Below are positions 1 to 9,538 of a stretch of 64,000 bases of DNA, piece after piece; positions within the stretch are counted from its first letter, which is position 1, and every line of letters begins with the position of its first letter. The DNA lies in the IMG/VR virus record IMGVR_UViG_3300044492_000149, positions 5,615 through 69,614 of that record; one strand, given 5' to 3'. Source of the stretch: a virus. A program made the position numbers and the translations under genes. The notes beneath the pieces were generated by a model that was not told where the DNA came from, searched no databases, and saw nothing but the letters and a program-made list of their open reading frames with translations.

Positions 1-987
1 CTCAGCCGCCAGTACGCCACGACGGAGAGGTCGATCATTCATCTGGGGACAGGCAGCTCGTTCCTGTTCGTCGGCCTAGAACGCAACGTCGAGTCGCTGA
101 GATCCTTGGAAGGCGCCGACATCGTCTGGGTAGACGAGGCCCGCACGATCAAAGCCAAGTCCATGGAGATCCTCCTGCCGACGATTCGGCAACCAGGATC
201 AGAGCTGATCTGGTGTTGGAACCCCGAGAAGCCGACCGACCCCGTCGACGCTTACTTCCGTGACGGCGATCCGCCGCCTCGCTCGATCGTGGTTCGCGTG
301 GACCACACGGACAATCCGTTCTTCGAGCAGACGGAGATGCCCCACGAGCTGGAGACCCTTAAGCGGGGCAACTTCAACCGCTACAAGCACGTCTGGCTAG
401 GCGAGTACGACCTGTCGTTCGAGACGAAAGTATTCTCGAACGTGGAAATCGGCCACTGCTTCGTCCCCGACAACTGCCCGCCCCTGTACGGCATGGACTT
501 TGGTTTCGGCAGCGATCCGTCTTTCGTCGTCAAGCTGTACGTGATCGAAGAGCGGAAAGAGATTTACATAGCCGCCGAGGCTAGTGGCCGGGTGCCCATG
601 GTCCAGCTGCCGGCCATGGTCCGCAGCGTGGTCGGCGACACGGGCCACCTGATCAAGGCAGACTCAAGCCAGCCGGGGACGATCGAGTTCCTGGGGAATC
701 AAGGCATCAATATCTACCCGGCGAAGAAGGGGCCGGGATCTGTCAAGTCGGGGATCTTGTGGCTGCAAGGGTACAAGATTTACATCAACCCGGACTGCGA
801 GGCCATGCGGGAGGAAGCCCACATGTACTCCTGGATGACGGATAAGCTGACGGGCAAGGCGCTGTCTGTGCCGATCGACTCGAACAACCATGGTTGGGAC
901 AGCGTTCGATACGCAACAGAGAGTGCTCAGACCGAGACGGGTAGCAGGGACGAAGACGGCGGGGTTTTGCAACTGAAGAGGTGGTAG
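1..987 (+). CDS. terL: Terminase large subunit, PBSX family (5' truncated by window edge)
   Basis: Frame open from base 1; SLEGADIVWVDEA Walker B, WNP coupling motif, nuclease motifs GMDFGF..DP and NNHGWDSVRYA. Confidence 0.93.
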   Translation, partial: LSRQYATTERSIIHLGTGSSFLFVGLERNVESLRSLEGADIVWVDEARTIKAKSMEILLPTIRQPGSELIWCWNPEKPTDPVDAYFRDGDPPPRSIVVRVDHTDNPFFEQTEMPHELETLKRGNFNRYKHVWLGEYDLSFETKVFSNVEIGHCFVPDNCPPLYGMDFGFGSDPSFVVKLYVIEERKEIYIAAEASGRVPMVQLPAMVRSVVGDTGHLIKADSSQPGTIEFLGNQGINIYPAKKGPGSVKSGILWLQGYKIYINPDCEAMREEAHMYSWMTDKLTGKALSVPIDSNNHGWDSVRYATESAQTETGSRDEDGGVLQLKRW

Positions 988-1016
988 GTATTTTTATTGC
1001 GGTGTACTAATGGCGA

Positions 1017-1694
1017 ATGAAACTGACGTTCGAAAACATCCGAAAGACGACTCGCAAAAGCGGAATCTACCTCATACAGGGTCCAAATGGTCGCGTTTAC
1101 ATCGGGCAGAGTTACAACGTCGGCAGACGTTTGACCGTCCATTTGAGCCAACTGATAGCTGGGAAACATGGCAACGTTATATTGCAACGTTCATGGTTAA
1201 AGAATGGTTCTGATGCTTTTGAGTTTCGGGTGTTGATGGAAGTCGAACGCTCCATGCTCACTCGGATGGAACAGTACTGGATGGACCAGTTTAAGATCCA
1301 AGGGAAACTTTACAATTTGCATCCGACGGCAGGTTCTGCTCTTGGGTTCAAACAGCCAGAGTCGCAAAAATCTAAAGTAAGAGCGGCCTTGATAGGACGA
1401 CCCCTAGATCCTGAGGCAGTTGCTAAGATGAGGGCAACTCTGACGGGTCGAACCCTTACGACGGAACACAAAGAAGCTATCGGAAGAGGAGGGAGGGGGT
1501 TAAAAAAATCTGCTAGTCACCGGGCCAAAATTGGCGCTGCACACGTTGGAATGAAACGAACAGCTGAAACCTGCGCCAATATCAGCAAGGCCGTACGAGC
1601 GGCAATGGCAGACCCCGAAGTACGGGCCAAGATCAGTAAGGCTGCCAGAAATCGAGGATGTGATGCCGGCCAGTCCAGGCTTTCCCCACGGTAA
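1017..1694 (+). CDS. Free-standing GIY-YIG homing endonuclease with NUMOD3-like repeats
   Basis: SGIYLI...RVYIGQS motif; C-terminal repeats of the type T.EHK.AIG / SHRAKIG; more AT-rich than its neighbours. Confidence 0.88.
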   Translation: MKLTFENIRKTTRKSGIYLIQGPNGRVYIGQSYNVGRRLTVHLSQLIAGKHGNVILQRSWLKNGSDAFEFRVLMEVERSMLTRMEQYWMDQFKIQGKLYNLHPTAGSALGFKQPESQKSKVRAALIGRPLDPEAVAKMRATLTGRTLTTEHKEAIGRGGRGLKKSASHRAKIGAAHVGMKRTAETCANISKAVRAAMADPEVRAKISKAARNRGCDAGQSRLSPR

Positions 1695-1839
1695 ATCTAT
1701 AAAAAATCCCATCACGTACGAGGCCCTCAAGCGCAGCGGCATGAGCAAGACAAAGGCTGCCCGGATCAGCAACGGTGTCCTGAAGCGCGGCGTCGCCAAG
1801 GGCGTCCATTGCCGCGGGGGCCGGTGCCGGAGCCGCTGA
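1663..1839 (+). CDS. Small basic protein (58 aa), not in ORF track
   Basis: Hand translation MPASPGFPHGKSIKNPITYEALKRSGMSKTKAARISNG...; GAGG upstream; abuts next gene. Confidence 0.6.
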   Translation: MPASPGFPHGKSIKNPITYEALKRSGMSKTKAARISNGVLKRGVAKGVHCRGGRCRSR

Positions 1840-1840
1840 C

Positions 1841-2044
1841 ATGGCCAAGCTCACGAGCCGCCGGCGGAAGGGATTGCCGAAGAAGTCCTTCGCCATCCCT
1901 GGCAAGAGAAAGTACCCGATCCACGACAGAGCCCACGCCTCCAATGCCTTGGCGCGGGTGAGCCAGCATGGATCGTCGTCGCAGAAGAAAGTCGTCCGCG
2001 CAGCTGTCTGCCGGCGATACCCTGGTCTGCCAAGTTGTAAGTGA
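1841..2044 (+). CDS. Small basic protein (67 aa)
   Basis: LPKKSFAIPGKRKYPIHDRAHASNALARV resembles a small family seen in phage head regions. Confidence 0.7.
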   Translation: MAKLTSRRRKGLPKKSFAIPGKRKYPIHDRAHASNALARVSQHGSSSQKKVVRAAVCRRYPGLPSCK

Positions 2045-2193
2045 AATCGTGATCGTGCCGCCGTTCCGGGGGGTGTGGAAACGGCGGCACTTACACAACG
2101 GGTCGAGGGGTCGCGTCACCCAGAGGGGCTGGGTGCCAGCATAATTCACACCCCACAGGGGTTGTTCCACGGTAATCGGAAGGAATTTTTGTC

Positions 2194-2400
2194 ATGGGTT
2201 GTGGTTGCGGTGGTCGGTCTTACGCTCCTCGGTCTGTCTTGCCGCCTAAGCGTCTGCAGGGGAATCACGCACCGATCTCGCAGCCGCCACGGATGGCGAC
2301 GTCGCAGTCCCATGCGCCAGGATCTGCGCCCACCAACGTGGTCCAGTCCGCTAGCCTGCAGCAGCGCCGCGCTGCGGCTGCTAACCGCCGACAGGTCTGA
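2194..2400 (+). CDS. Hypothetical protein with N-terminal MGCGCGG
   Basis: ORF with AAGGA upstream, ends just before portal. Confidence 0.6.
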   Translation: MGCGCGGRSYAPRSVLPPKRLQGNHAPISQPPRMATSQSHAPGSAPTNVVQSASLQQRRAAAANRRQV

Positions 2401-2409
2401 TAACATCCC

Positions 2410-3741
2410 ATGGGTATGCTTAGTTATCTGTTCAAGAAAGCTCCTGAACGGATCGCCAGCGATGAGCCGGTGTCGCCGATCTACTTCATGGCGGGGCAGC
2501 CGGTCCGGTTCCTTTCCTCTGCAGCAGCGATGACGGCTGAGATCGCAGTCCGTAAAGTGCCGCAGCTGTACCGCATCACGAACTTCGTCTCCAGTGCAAT
2601 CCAATCGGTTCCTTGGTACTGCGAAGTCGACAACGACGTTGTCGCCATGGAACAGGCCGGCGCCAGCTCGATCAAGGCGATCAACTCCCTCTTGAAGAGC
2701 CCCAACGACAGCTTCACGGCGACGAACTTGCAGTACTGGATCGCTTTGAACCTGTTGCTGTACGCCCGCGCCCACTTCAAGGTCGGCGTCAGCTCTTCCG
2801 GCCTGCCCAACGGCATCTACCCGCTGGCCGCTAAGTACATCCGCGGCATCCTGAACAACCGCGGCACGGTCGAGAAATACGAGTATGGCCTGAACGAGGA
2901 AAGCAAGTCGATCCTGCCGACGAGGCGGACCGCAGAGAAGACTGGCGGTGGCGTGGCTTACGCGGCTGAGATCAGTTTCCCGTCGATCACGGGGTTGGTC
3001 GAGTACAACAAGACGCCCGCAGCGATCGAGAGCATTACCCTGCCGATCATGATCATTCAGGCTTTGATGCAGCGGGCTTTCGATACCGCGTCCGGCCACC
3101 CGAACGTCAAGTACATTATCACGGCAGAGAAAACTCTGACGGTCCAGCAGAAAGAGGCCGTGAAGAAGCACTTGGAAGAAGCCGCTCCGGGCAACGAGGA
3201 CAGCGGCAACATCCTGTTCTTGTACAACACGTCGATCACGGTCCACAAGCTCGACAATGACCTCAACGACATCCACTCGAAGCTGCCCCTCGACGACATG
3301 ACCCGGCAGATCGCTGGCGTTTTTGGTGTCCCGATCGCTCTTCTAGGACTGGGGTCCGCCGACGCGGCTAAGTACGCGAACAATTACGCGGAAAGCCGTC
3401 TGTCGTTTTGGCAAGACACGATCGTCCCGTGCTACCTGCGGCCCATCGCGACTGGGATGACAGCAGCTCTGTGCCCTGCGGGGGCGCGGATCTGTTTTGA
3501 CCTCGACGATATCCCGGCCCTCTGGGAAGGCCGCGCCAAGTTGGGCCAAGTCCTCGGCACTGTGCCCTTTATGACGGACAACGAGAAGCGGGCTACGTTG
3601 GACTTCGAGCCGATCGCCGGCGGAGAGAATCTGCCGCCGCGGCCGCCGAAAGAAAGTCCAGCAACTGACACAACGGTCAAGCCTGATGGCTCGGCTTACG
3701 CGCCCGACGACGGCGTCACGAACAGGAGGCCTCTCCAATGA
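2410..3741 (+). CDS. Portal protein (HK97-like)
   Basis: LLKSPN, RQIAGVFGVPIALLG, MTDNEKRATLDFEPIAGGE motifs; position before protease and capsid. Confidence 0.92.
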   Translation: MGMLSYLFKKAPERIASDEPVSPIYFMAGQPVRFLSSAAAMTAEIAVRKVPQLYRITNFVSSAIQSVPWYCEVDNDVVAMEQAGASSIKAINSLLKSPNDSFTATNLQYWIALNLLLYARAHFKVGVSSSGLPNGIYPLAAKYIRGILNNRGTVEKYEYGLNEESKSILPTRRTAEKTGGGVAYAAEISFPSITGLVEYNKTPAAIESITLPIMIIQALMQRAFDTASGHPNVKYIITAEKTLTVQQKEAVKKHLEEAAPGNEDSGNILFLYNTSITVHKLDNDLNDIHSKLPLDDMTRQIAGVFGVPIALLGLGSADAAKYANNYAESRLSFWQDTIVPCYLRPIATGMTAALCPAGARICFDLDDIPALWEGRAKLGQVLGTVPFMTDNEKRATLDFEPIAGGENLPPRPPKESPATDTTVKPDGSAYAPDDGVTNRRPLQ

Positions 3742-4496
3742 CCAAGACCTGGCAAGCTGGCGATCGAATCGAGTGCGATCTGGCTTTCAACCCAGCGACG
3801 ATGGCGGCCGGCGAAAATATTCCCGACGGCTTCATCAAGGGCATCGCGTCGACGCCAGCAACGGACGCTTACGGCCACAAGGTCCTGCCAGGGGCTTTCA
3901 CGAAGTCGATCAACACCAAAGGCCTGAGCGGACCCCGCGGCATCAAGCTGCTGGCAGGCCACGACTGGCACAAGCCAGCAGGCGTCATCAACCGTCTCGA
4001 GACTGTCGGTCAGGCGTTGCAGCTCGAAGCCCAGATGAATCTGAACGTGTCTTACGTCAAGGATCTGTACGAAGTCGCCAAGCAGAACAACGGTTTGTCG
4101 TTTTCTGTCGGCTTTATCCTTGAAGATTTTGAGTTTGTCGACCAAGAAAAGGCCGTCGACAACGAGTTTTTGATCATAAAGAGCGGGGATTTGATGGAAG
4201 TTTCCATCGTCTGCTTCCCTGCCTGCGCCGAAGCTGAGATGAGTTTCATCAAGCAATCCCCGAATACTCTGGCAGAGTTCGAGAAGGCGCTGGTCGCCGA
4301 GGGCATCTGCAAGAGTCGGAACGAGGCGAACCGGATCACGCTGGCCGTGAAAAAGTCGGTTCACTTGTTTCATGGCAAGACGCCTCAGGAGGCGGCTCGC
4401 GTCATTGAACCGACCCATCCCTTGTTGGATGTTCACAAGCTAAGGGCCGCAACCGATCTTGCGATCAAGGCCAGGGCGTTGCTCAGCTCCCGGTGA
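3738..4496 (+). CDS. Prohead maturation protease (HK97 family)
   Basis: IKGIAS, LLAGHD, SFSVGF, LMEVSIVCFPA motifs. Confidence 0.93.
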   Translation: MTKTWQAGDRIECDLAFNPATMAAGENIPDGFIKGIASTPATDAYGHKVLPGAFTKSINTKGLSGPRGIKLLAGHDWHKPAGVINRLETVGQALQLEAQMNLNVSYVKDLYEVAKQNNGLSFSVGFILEDFEFVDQEKAVDNEFLIIKSGDLMEVSIVCFPACAEAEMSFIKQSPNTLAEFEKALVAEGICKSRNEANRITLAVKKSVHLFHGKTPQEAARVIEPTHPLLDVHKLRAATDLAIKARALLSSR

Positions 4497-4531
4497 GTTG
4501 ACCCGCCGATCCACAATCAGGAAACACATCC

Positions 4532-5956
4532 ATGAACACCAGTCACTCACTCCTCCGAGGGACTTACCTCACGAAGGAAGCTCCTGCGGACGTCAAGGCC
4601 GCCGAGAAGGCCCTGGAGACTTTGACTCTCGAGCTTGGCAACATCACGACCGCCTTGGAAACTAACAGGAAAGAAGTGGACACCCACTACAAGGACCTGA
4701 CGACACACTTCAACGGCGTCAAGGCCGACACGGATGAGGTCAAGGAGTCTGTCAAGAAGCATGCCATCGAGTACGCTGCTCTCGTCACCAAGCAGCAGGC
4801 GCTTGAGCAGACCATCGACAACATCAAGAAGGAGATGGACGCCCCGCTCCTCAAGGGCGGTTCGGATCTGGCTGACAACGACCGCAAGTCTGCCGTCGAG
4901 CTGCAGCGCCGCGCGTTCCTGTTCAAGGGCGGCAACGAGTTCGAGTTCAAGCCGGACATGGAGAACCTGGTCGATGCTTCGGCGTATCGGTCGGCGGTTC
5001 GCAAGCTCATGAATGTGGGCATCGAGTCGAAGGCCAAGATTGTCCGCACGTTCACGGACATCGAGCGCAAGGCTTTCGACGGAGCTTCGCTTGACTCGGC
5101 CCTGTTCTCTCCGGAGATGCTCGGCATCGAGGTTGACTGCACGATCCTGTGCGCAGAGCTGCTCGACCTCTACGGCAATGCCACCGTCGGCAAGTCCACG
5201 TTCATGTACCCGCAGGTGCTCGACTACGGCGCCATCGGTCAGTACGACTGCGACGCCAAGTGCGACGCCGAGTACGGGCCTGAGGGCAACATCGTGTACA
5301 AGAACGGCAAGGTCAGCGACTTCCGTGGCGTCTTCTGCCTGGTCCGCAAGGTCCTGGCCGAGGCCAACTACGATCTGCTCGACTTCATGTACCGGGCAGC
5401 GTCGCGGTCCTATCGGATCAATCGCAACCGCGCCTTGATCGCTGGCGACGGCATCAACGAGCCCCTCGGCTGGTTGACGGCGAACTGCTTCACCAAGATC
5501 AAGACCCCAACGGCGGCGTTCAATCACGTGGATTTCCGCCTGTTCTTCGCCTCAGCGCCGGTCGAGTATGGCCCGGTCGTGGCGACGATGCACCAGAACA
5601 TGTTCGCCTATCTGGCGGCCATGACTGACTCGGTCGGCCGGTTCATCTTCGGCGAAGGCCTGATGACCTACAGCCCTGACGACGTGCGGGAGCGCATCCG
5701 CATCTCGAACTGCCTGCCGGACGCCACGCATGGCTTGACGAAGGGTTCGGCAGCCGCCCCGTTCACCACCGGCGACTTCTTGTTCGCTGCCGGCGCTTGG
5801 AAGCAGGCGTACTACATGGTGAACAAGCGTCCCCTCTGGATCGAGCAGTGGGAAGGCCAGAGCTCGGCCTGGTGCGTCAAGTACCAGTTCGGTGCCGAGG
5901 ACGGCGGCTTCACGGCCTGCTGCCCAGCAGCCCGCATCCTCATCGTTGGCCCTTGA
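4532..5956 (+). CDS. Major capsid protein (HK97 fold, N-terminal coiled-coil delta domain)
   Basis: Coiled-coil N-terminus, LIAGDGINEPLG motif, position, strong codon bias. Confidence 0.9.
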   Translation: MNTSHSLLRGTYLTKEAPADVKAAEKALETLTLELGNITTALETNRKEVDTHYKDLTTHFNGVKADTDEVKESVKKHAIEYAALVTKQQALEQTIDNIKKEMDAPLLKGGSDLADNDRKSAVELQRRAFLFKGGNEFEFKPDMENLVDASAYRSAVRKLMNVGIESKAKIVRTFTDIERKAFDGASLDSALFSPEMLGIEVDCTILCAELLDLYGNATVGKSTFMYPQVLDYGAIGQYDCDAKCDAEYGPEGNIVYKNGKVSDFRGVFCLVRKVLAEANYDLLDFMYRAASRSYRINRNRALIAGDGINEPLGWLTANCFTKIKTPTAAFNHVDFRLFFASAPVEYGPVVATMHQNMFAYLAAMTDSVGRFIFGEGLMTYSPDDVRERIRISNCLPDATHGLTKGSAAAPFTTGDFLFAAGAWKQAYYMVNKRPLWIEQWEGQSSAWCVKYQFGAEDGGFTACCPAARILIVGP

Positions 5957-5992
5957 TCTGGGTCGGCATTTCCCCCACTGGAGACCAAGTCC

Positions 5993-6376
5993 ATGAACCT
6001 TAATCACGCTTCCCAGCACCAGGGTGTCGTTGCCTGGGACGGGACCGCCGCGCATCCGATTGATGTGCGTCATCACGTCAGCTTCTCCTTCACGTTCCGT
6101 CCTATCGCGGATCTGGCGGCAGATGCTGTCTTCACGATCAAGGCTGCGCCGGCGTCAGCCGGAGATCCTTGCGTGCCTGGCACGTTCGTCGATGTGCCTG
6201 AAGTCGTCCAGTGCGACGGCTTCGCAGTCGGGGCCGCCTCGACGGTCACGCTTCCAGCTGGAACGAAGGCGGGTTCTCTCTGCACGGCGACTTTGCCGTG
6301 CAAGCCCAATGCTTTCGTTGAAGTCACCGGTCCAGCTACCGCGACGGCGGTAGCCATTCTTTCGGGGCCGATGTGA
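5993..6376 (+). CDS. Putative head decoration protein
   Basis: Small beta-rich ORF directly after capsid with GGAG RBS; function inferred from position. Confidence 0.5.
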   Translation: MNLNHASQHQGVVAWDGTAAHPIDVRHHVSFSFTFRPIADLAADAVFTIKAAPASAGDPCVPGTFVDVPEVVQCDGFAVGAASTVTLPAGTKAGSLCTATLPCKPNAFVEVTGPATATAVAILSGPM

Positions 6377-6777
6377 GGGTTGCTAACAACAAACCCATGA
6401 GGATCGAGCCCGGGGATCAAGTCGTGATCCGGGCTCGCCTGCCTGCCAAGTCCCAGCTTGGCAGGCTCTACGTCTTCGCCAAGGAAGCCCGCGGCGAGGA
6501 TTTCTCGCCTTACGTGCCGCGGATGACGTCGTTCGAAGAGCCCAGCATGGCGACGCCGGTGTCCCTGCGGTTGATCGACTCTCATCCGGAGAAACGCGTC
6601 TCGTTCACGTCTGACATCGACGGCTACGTCTGCGTCATGCAGGAAGTGGACGATTTCCGCGACCCTTTGGCGCATGTTAATATGCGGCGGATCATCGACC
6701 GCAACCTGAATTGGCGGCGTCGCGCTGCTCGATTGATCAACGGGATGGTACCGTGGAAGAACTGGCAGAACCGCTGA
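6373..6777 (+). CDS. Hypothetical protein
   Basis: GTGA overlap with upstream stop. Confidence 0.65.
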   Translation: MRVANNKPMRIEPGDQVVIRARLPAKSQLGRLYVFAKEARGEDFSPYVPRMTSFEEPSMATPVSLRLIDSHPEKRVSFTSDIDGYVCVMQEVDDFRDPLAHVNMRRIIDRNLNWRRRAARLINGMVPWKNWQNR

Positions 6778-7112
6778 TCGAGACCCCAGACAAAGCCCCA
6801 TCGACGGCCTCGGGCCTGATGGGTGTCGTCATGATTCACACTAGTGGTCAAGACGACGAGGTGCGATGGTTCGACTACAAGCCGACTTTTTACGCCGACG
6901 CGATCCGGGTGGTCTGGGACCACGACACAATGGCGGTGGCGATCCCGGCCGAGACGGCAGATTACCTGCTGAAGAACGGCTACGCTCGGCCGATGACAGC
7001 CGACGAGGTTGCTGCTTACAACGAGCAGCTGAAGAAGCCCGAGACTGAGCCTGAGAAAGCCGAAAAGGTCACGGGGAAGTCGAAGTCAAAGAAGGAGAAA
7101 ACTGATGATTAA
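6711..7112 (+). CDS. Hypothetical protein (start uncertain)
   Basis: ORF with phage-like codon usage and Lys-rich tail. Confidence 0.6.
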   Translation: MAASRCSIDQRDGTVEELAEPLIETPDKAPSTASGLMGVVMIHTSGQDDEVRWFDYKPTFYADAIRVVWDHDTMAVAIPAETADYLLKNGYARPMTADEVAAYNEQLKKPETEPEKAEKVTGKSKSKKEKTDD

Positions 7113-7188
7113 GGTACGCTGCACCAATGCTTGTACCCAGAACGCGGCGACGACTCTCGCACCGCCGCCGTGCTTTACGTGCACGTGA
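7105..7188 (+). CDS. 27-aa Cys-rich peptide MIKVRCTNACTQNAATTLAPPPCFTCT
   Basis: AAGGAG RBS upstream; overlaps upstream stop; not in ORF track. Confidence 0.5.
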   Translation: MIKVRCTNACTQNAATTLAPPPCFTCT

Positions 7189-7278
7189 TCTAGACTCGTT
7201 GCGTGTGCGAAAGGGGAGACTGGAGGGGTTTGCAACCGCTCCTCCAGATCTTCTAATCCTTCTGAAAGGATCTAGACC

Positions 7279-7971
7279 ATGTACCATTTCACGGTCGATC
7301 AAGCCGTCAGCGATGGCTGTCAGGTTTGCTGCTGCGAGAAGTTGTCCCTGAAGCCAGGGACCGTGAACAAGGTAACAGTCAGCTACGTGCCGTGGGCAGC
7401 GCCGATCGGGCAGCTCCACTGCAACCCACAGTTCGTGCTGGAGCAGATGGAAACCTGCCCCGTGCCGATGACGGGCAACCTGCCGCCAAGCATTGTGGCT
7501 CCCGTCGAGTTCACGACGCCCATGAATACTCTGCTAGAAGGCGTCCTTGGCGACAAAGTCGCGGACCCTGAGTCAGCACCGACGACGTTCAAGCTCTTGC
7601 CGTTGTACGGGCCGCAGCACGGCACCCTGATCTTGCACGAGACGGGGATGTTCGACTACACACCAGTGCCGAACTACAAAGGCCCGGACAGTTTCTACGC
7701 ATCAGCCTCGGACGGCACCAACACGTTCGTCTTCGAGACTCGGATCGGAGTGGAGCAGGCCGCGTCGCCGCCCACGCCGTCCATCAGCATCATCAGCGAG
7801 GGAGTTCAGGTGGACCAGCGATACCACATGATCTCTTTCCCTGTGAAAGTGTCTCCAGGAGCGGGGCTCTGTGAGGTCTGGCGCCTGACTGTTTTACAGT
7901 CGGCGCTAGACTGCTCCTGTTTCTGCTTCAACCGCACCGACTGCTTCGACATTGGGATCGCCAAGTGCTGA
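7279..7971 (+). CDS. Cys-rich structural protein with Ig-like (cadherin/Big_9-type) domain
   Basis: PQHGTLIL..GMFDYTP.PNYKGPDSF..ASDG motif; CQVCCCE and CSCFC termini. Confidence 0.7.
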   Translation: MYHFTVDQAVSDGCQVCCCEKLSLKPGTVNKVTVSYVPWAAPIGQLHCNPQFVLEQMETCPVPMTGNLPPSIVAPVEFTTPMNTLLEGVLGDKVADPESAPTTFKLLPLYGPQHGTLILHETGMFDYTPVPNYKGPDSFYASASDGTNTFVFETRIGVEQAASPPTPSISIISEGVQVDQRYHMISFPVKVSPGAGLCEVWRLTVLQSALDCSCFCFNRTDCFDIGIAKC

Positions 7972-8675
7972 CACCTCGGGGATTGATACCGATCCCGCGG
8001 CCCAGCAGCACGGACCTGCCGCCGCCACCGCCGCCGACGTCTTTCGATTGGTCTGCTCGATTGTCGATCGAGATGATCCGGCAGCACACCAAGACGGAAG
8101 ACGTGCCTGGAGTGACCGACGATCAGCTGATGCTGTATCGGTCAGCGGCGATCGAGGCGGCTGAACTCTACACGGGCATGCTCCTGTCAGGCCAGAAAAA
8201 CATAATCGAGCCCGTTCAGGGACCGTCTCAGGTTCGCCGACCCGGCCACTACCACTACATCCACCGCCTGCGGTACCCGACGGCGGATCAGTACGCTTAC
8301 CTTTTTGGTTCGCCGTGGCCCACAGACAACATGACGTTCATGGTGCCCGTCGGTACCCGAACGATCAAGATCCCAGTTCGGACGGGGTACGTCGACACCC
8401 ATAATTGCTGCGATCCCTGCTCTGAGCATCACCTCAACGCCGGCATGCAGTTGTCCTATCGGGCTGGGTTCACTTCGCCGGATCAGGTTCCCTCGGGCGT
8501 CATCATTGGCATCCTGCAGTTCATTGCTTGGGTCGTTCAGCATCCGGGCGACGAGTTGCTGACGATGAGAAACACGGAACAAGCCAGGACAGGTGGCGTT
8601 GGTGGCACGAACAACATCGCTATGGCCAGCGGCGCCCTCGAGTCTTGGCGCTTGTACAACCCGGAAGCGGTATGA
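7965..8675 (+). CDS. Head-tail connector protein
   Basis: IRQHTK..DDQL..AAIEAAELYTG and YRAGF...VP motifs of gp6-like adaptors. Confidence 0.75.
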   Translation: MLTPRGLIPIPRPSSTDLPPPPPPTSFDWSARLSIEMIRQHTKTEDVPGVTDDQLMLYRSAAIEAAELYTGMLLSGQKNIIEPVQGPSQVRRPGHYHYIHRLRYPTADQYAYLFGSPWPTDNMTFMVPVGTRTIKIPVRTGYVDTHNCCDPCSEHHLNAGMQLSYRAGFTSPDQVPSGVIIGILQFIAWVVQHPGDELLTMRNTEQARTGGVGGTNNIAMASGALESWRLYNPEAV

Positions 8676-9082
8676 ATATCTCGGACTTACGCCACCGGAT
8701 CAGGCTTTGCTCGGCCGACGACGTCGTCGTGGCGAACGGTGCTATGGAATTGTCTCGGCGAGAAGTCGTTACCTGCTGGGCGCACATCAAGTCTCTCTCT
8801 AACTTACCCTCGTTTTTGTCGCGGATGGGCTACGCCATCAAAGAGGGGTTTGACCGGGAGACCCACGTGATTACGGTCCGGGCTCATCTGGGCCTTTCAG
8901 TCACGAGCGCTGCCTGGGTGTACGAGGAGTTCAGGGTTTCCGAGCCACGCTGGTACAAGGTCATAGGTTTCTCAGAACAAGACAGTTGGCTGGCTTTGAG
9001 CTGTCATCTCGTCGAGCGGTCTGACCTGGCGCAACCACCGACAGGAGATCTCGTAGCTAAGGCTAGCGATATTCTCCTATGA
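8672..9082 (+). CDS. Head closure / head-tail adaptor
   Basis: ISDLRHRIRL...CWAHI...THVITVR; ATGA overlap; position. Confidence 0.75.
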   Translation: MNISDLRHRIRLCSADDVVVANGAMELSRREVVTCWAHIKSLSNLPSFLSRMGYAIKEGFDRETHVITVRAHLGLSVTSAAWVYEEFRVSEPRWYKVIGFSEQDSWLALSCHLVERSDLAQPPTGDLVAKASDILL

Positions 9083-9441
9083 TCGAGATCACGTTCCAGC
9101 CTTGGCGACCGTTCATAGCTCGGAAGAAACCTGACACGATCAGGAAGTGGTTGAGGGGCATCGGCGAGGCGTCTAAGCAAGCGTTCACAGGCGGCATGGG
9201 TGGTTCACCGCCGTCGTCGCCTGGCGAGTACCCGGCCGTTCGAACAGGCCGATTGAAAGGATCTGTTTCGTTCACGACGACAAGCGACTCAGTGACCATC
9301 GGCAGCAACATGCCTTACAGCATCTACCTGCGGATGGGCACGTACAAGATGGCCCGCCGGAAAATGAGCGACAACGCTCTTAAGGAAGGCGTGGAAAAGG
9401 CCGGCCGATTGAAAAAATGGGTGGAGTGGACACGGATTTAG
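9079..9441 (+). CDS. Tail completion protein (HK97 gp10-like)
   Basis: SSPGEYPAVRTGRLKGSV...YSIYLRMGTYKMARR motif. Confidence 0.75.
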   Translation: MIEITFQPWRPFIARKKPDTIRKWLRGIGEASKQAFTGGMGGSPPSSPGEYPAVRTGRLKGSVSFTTTSDSVTIGSNMPYSIYLRMGTYKMARRKMSDNALKEGVEKAGRLKKWVEWTRI

Positions 9442-9444
9442 GTC

Positions 9445-9534
9445 GTGACTAACGAACTCTGGCCTTTTTTCCTTTTGATAGCGATAGCAGCGGTCCCGTG
9501 GCTGTCGATCATAATCATCATGACCATGCGATGA
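9445..9534 (+). CDS. Putative 29-aa membrane peptide
   Basis: Hand translation MTNELWPFFLLIAIAAVPWLSIIIIMTMR fills the intergenic gap. Confidence 0.35.
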   Translation: MTNELWPFFLLIAIAAVPWLSIIIIMTMR

Positions 9535-9538
9535 AAAA

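Noticed and set aside
988-1840. Group I intron in terL carrying the GIY-YIG gene
   Set aside because: terL ends with a complete nuclease motif and a stop; no downstream exon or intron core recognised
2146-5527. Long minus-strand ORFs opposite portal, protease and capsid
   Set aside because: Antisense shadows typical of high-GC3 genes; no motifs
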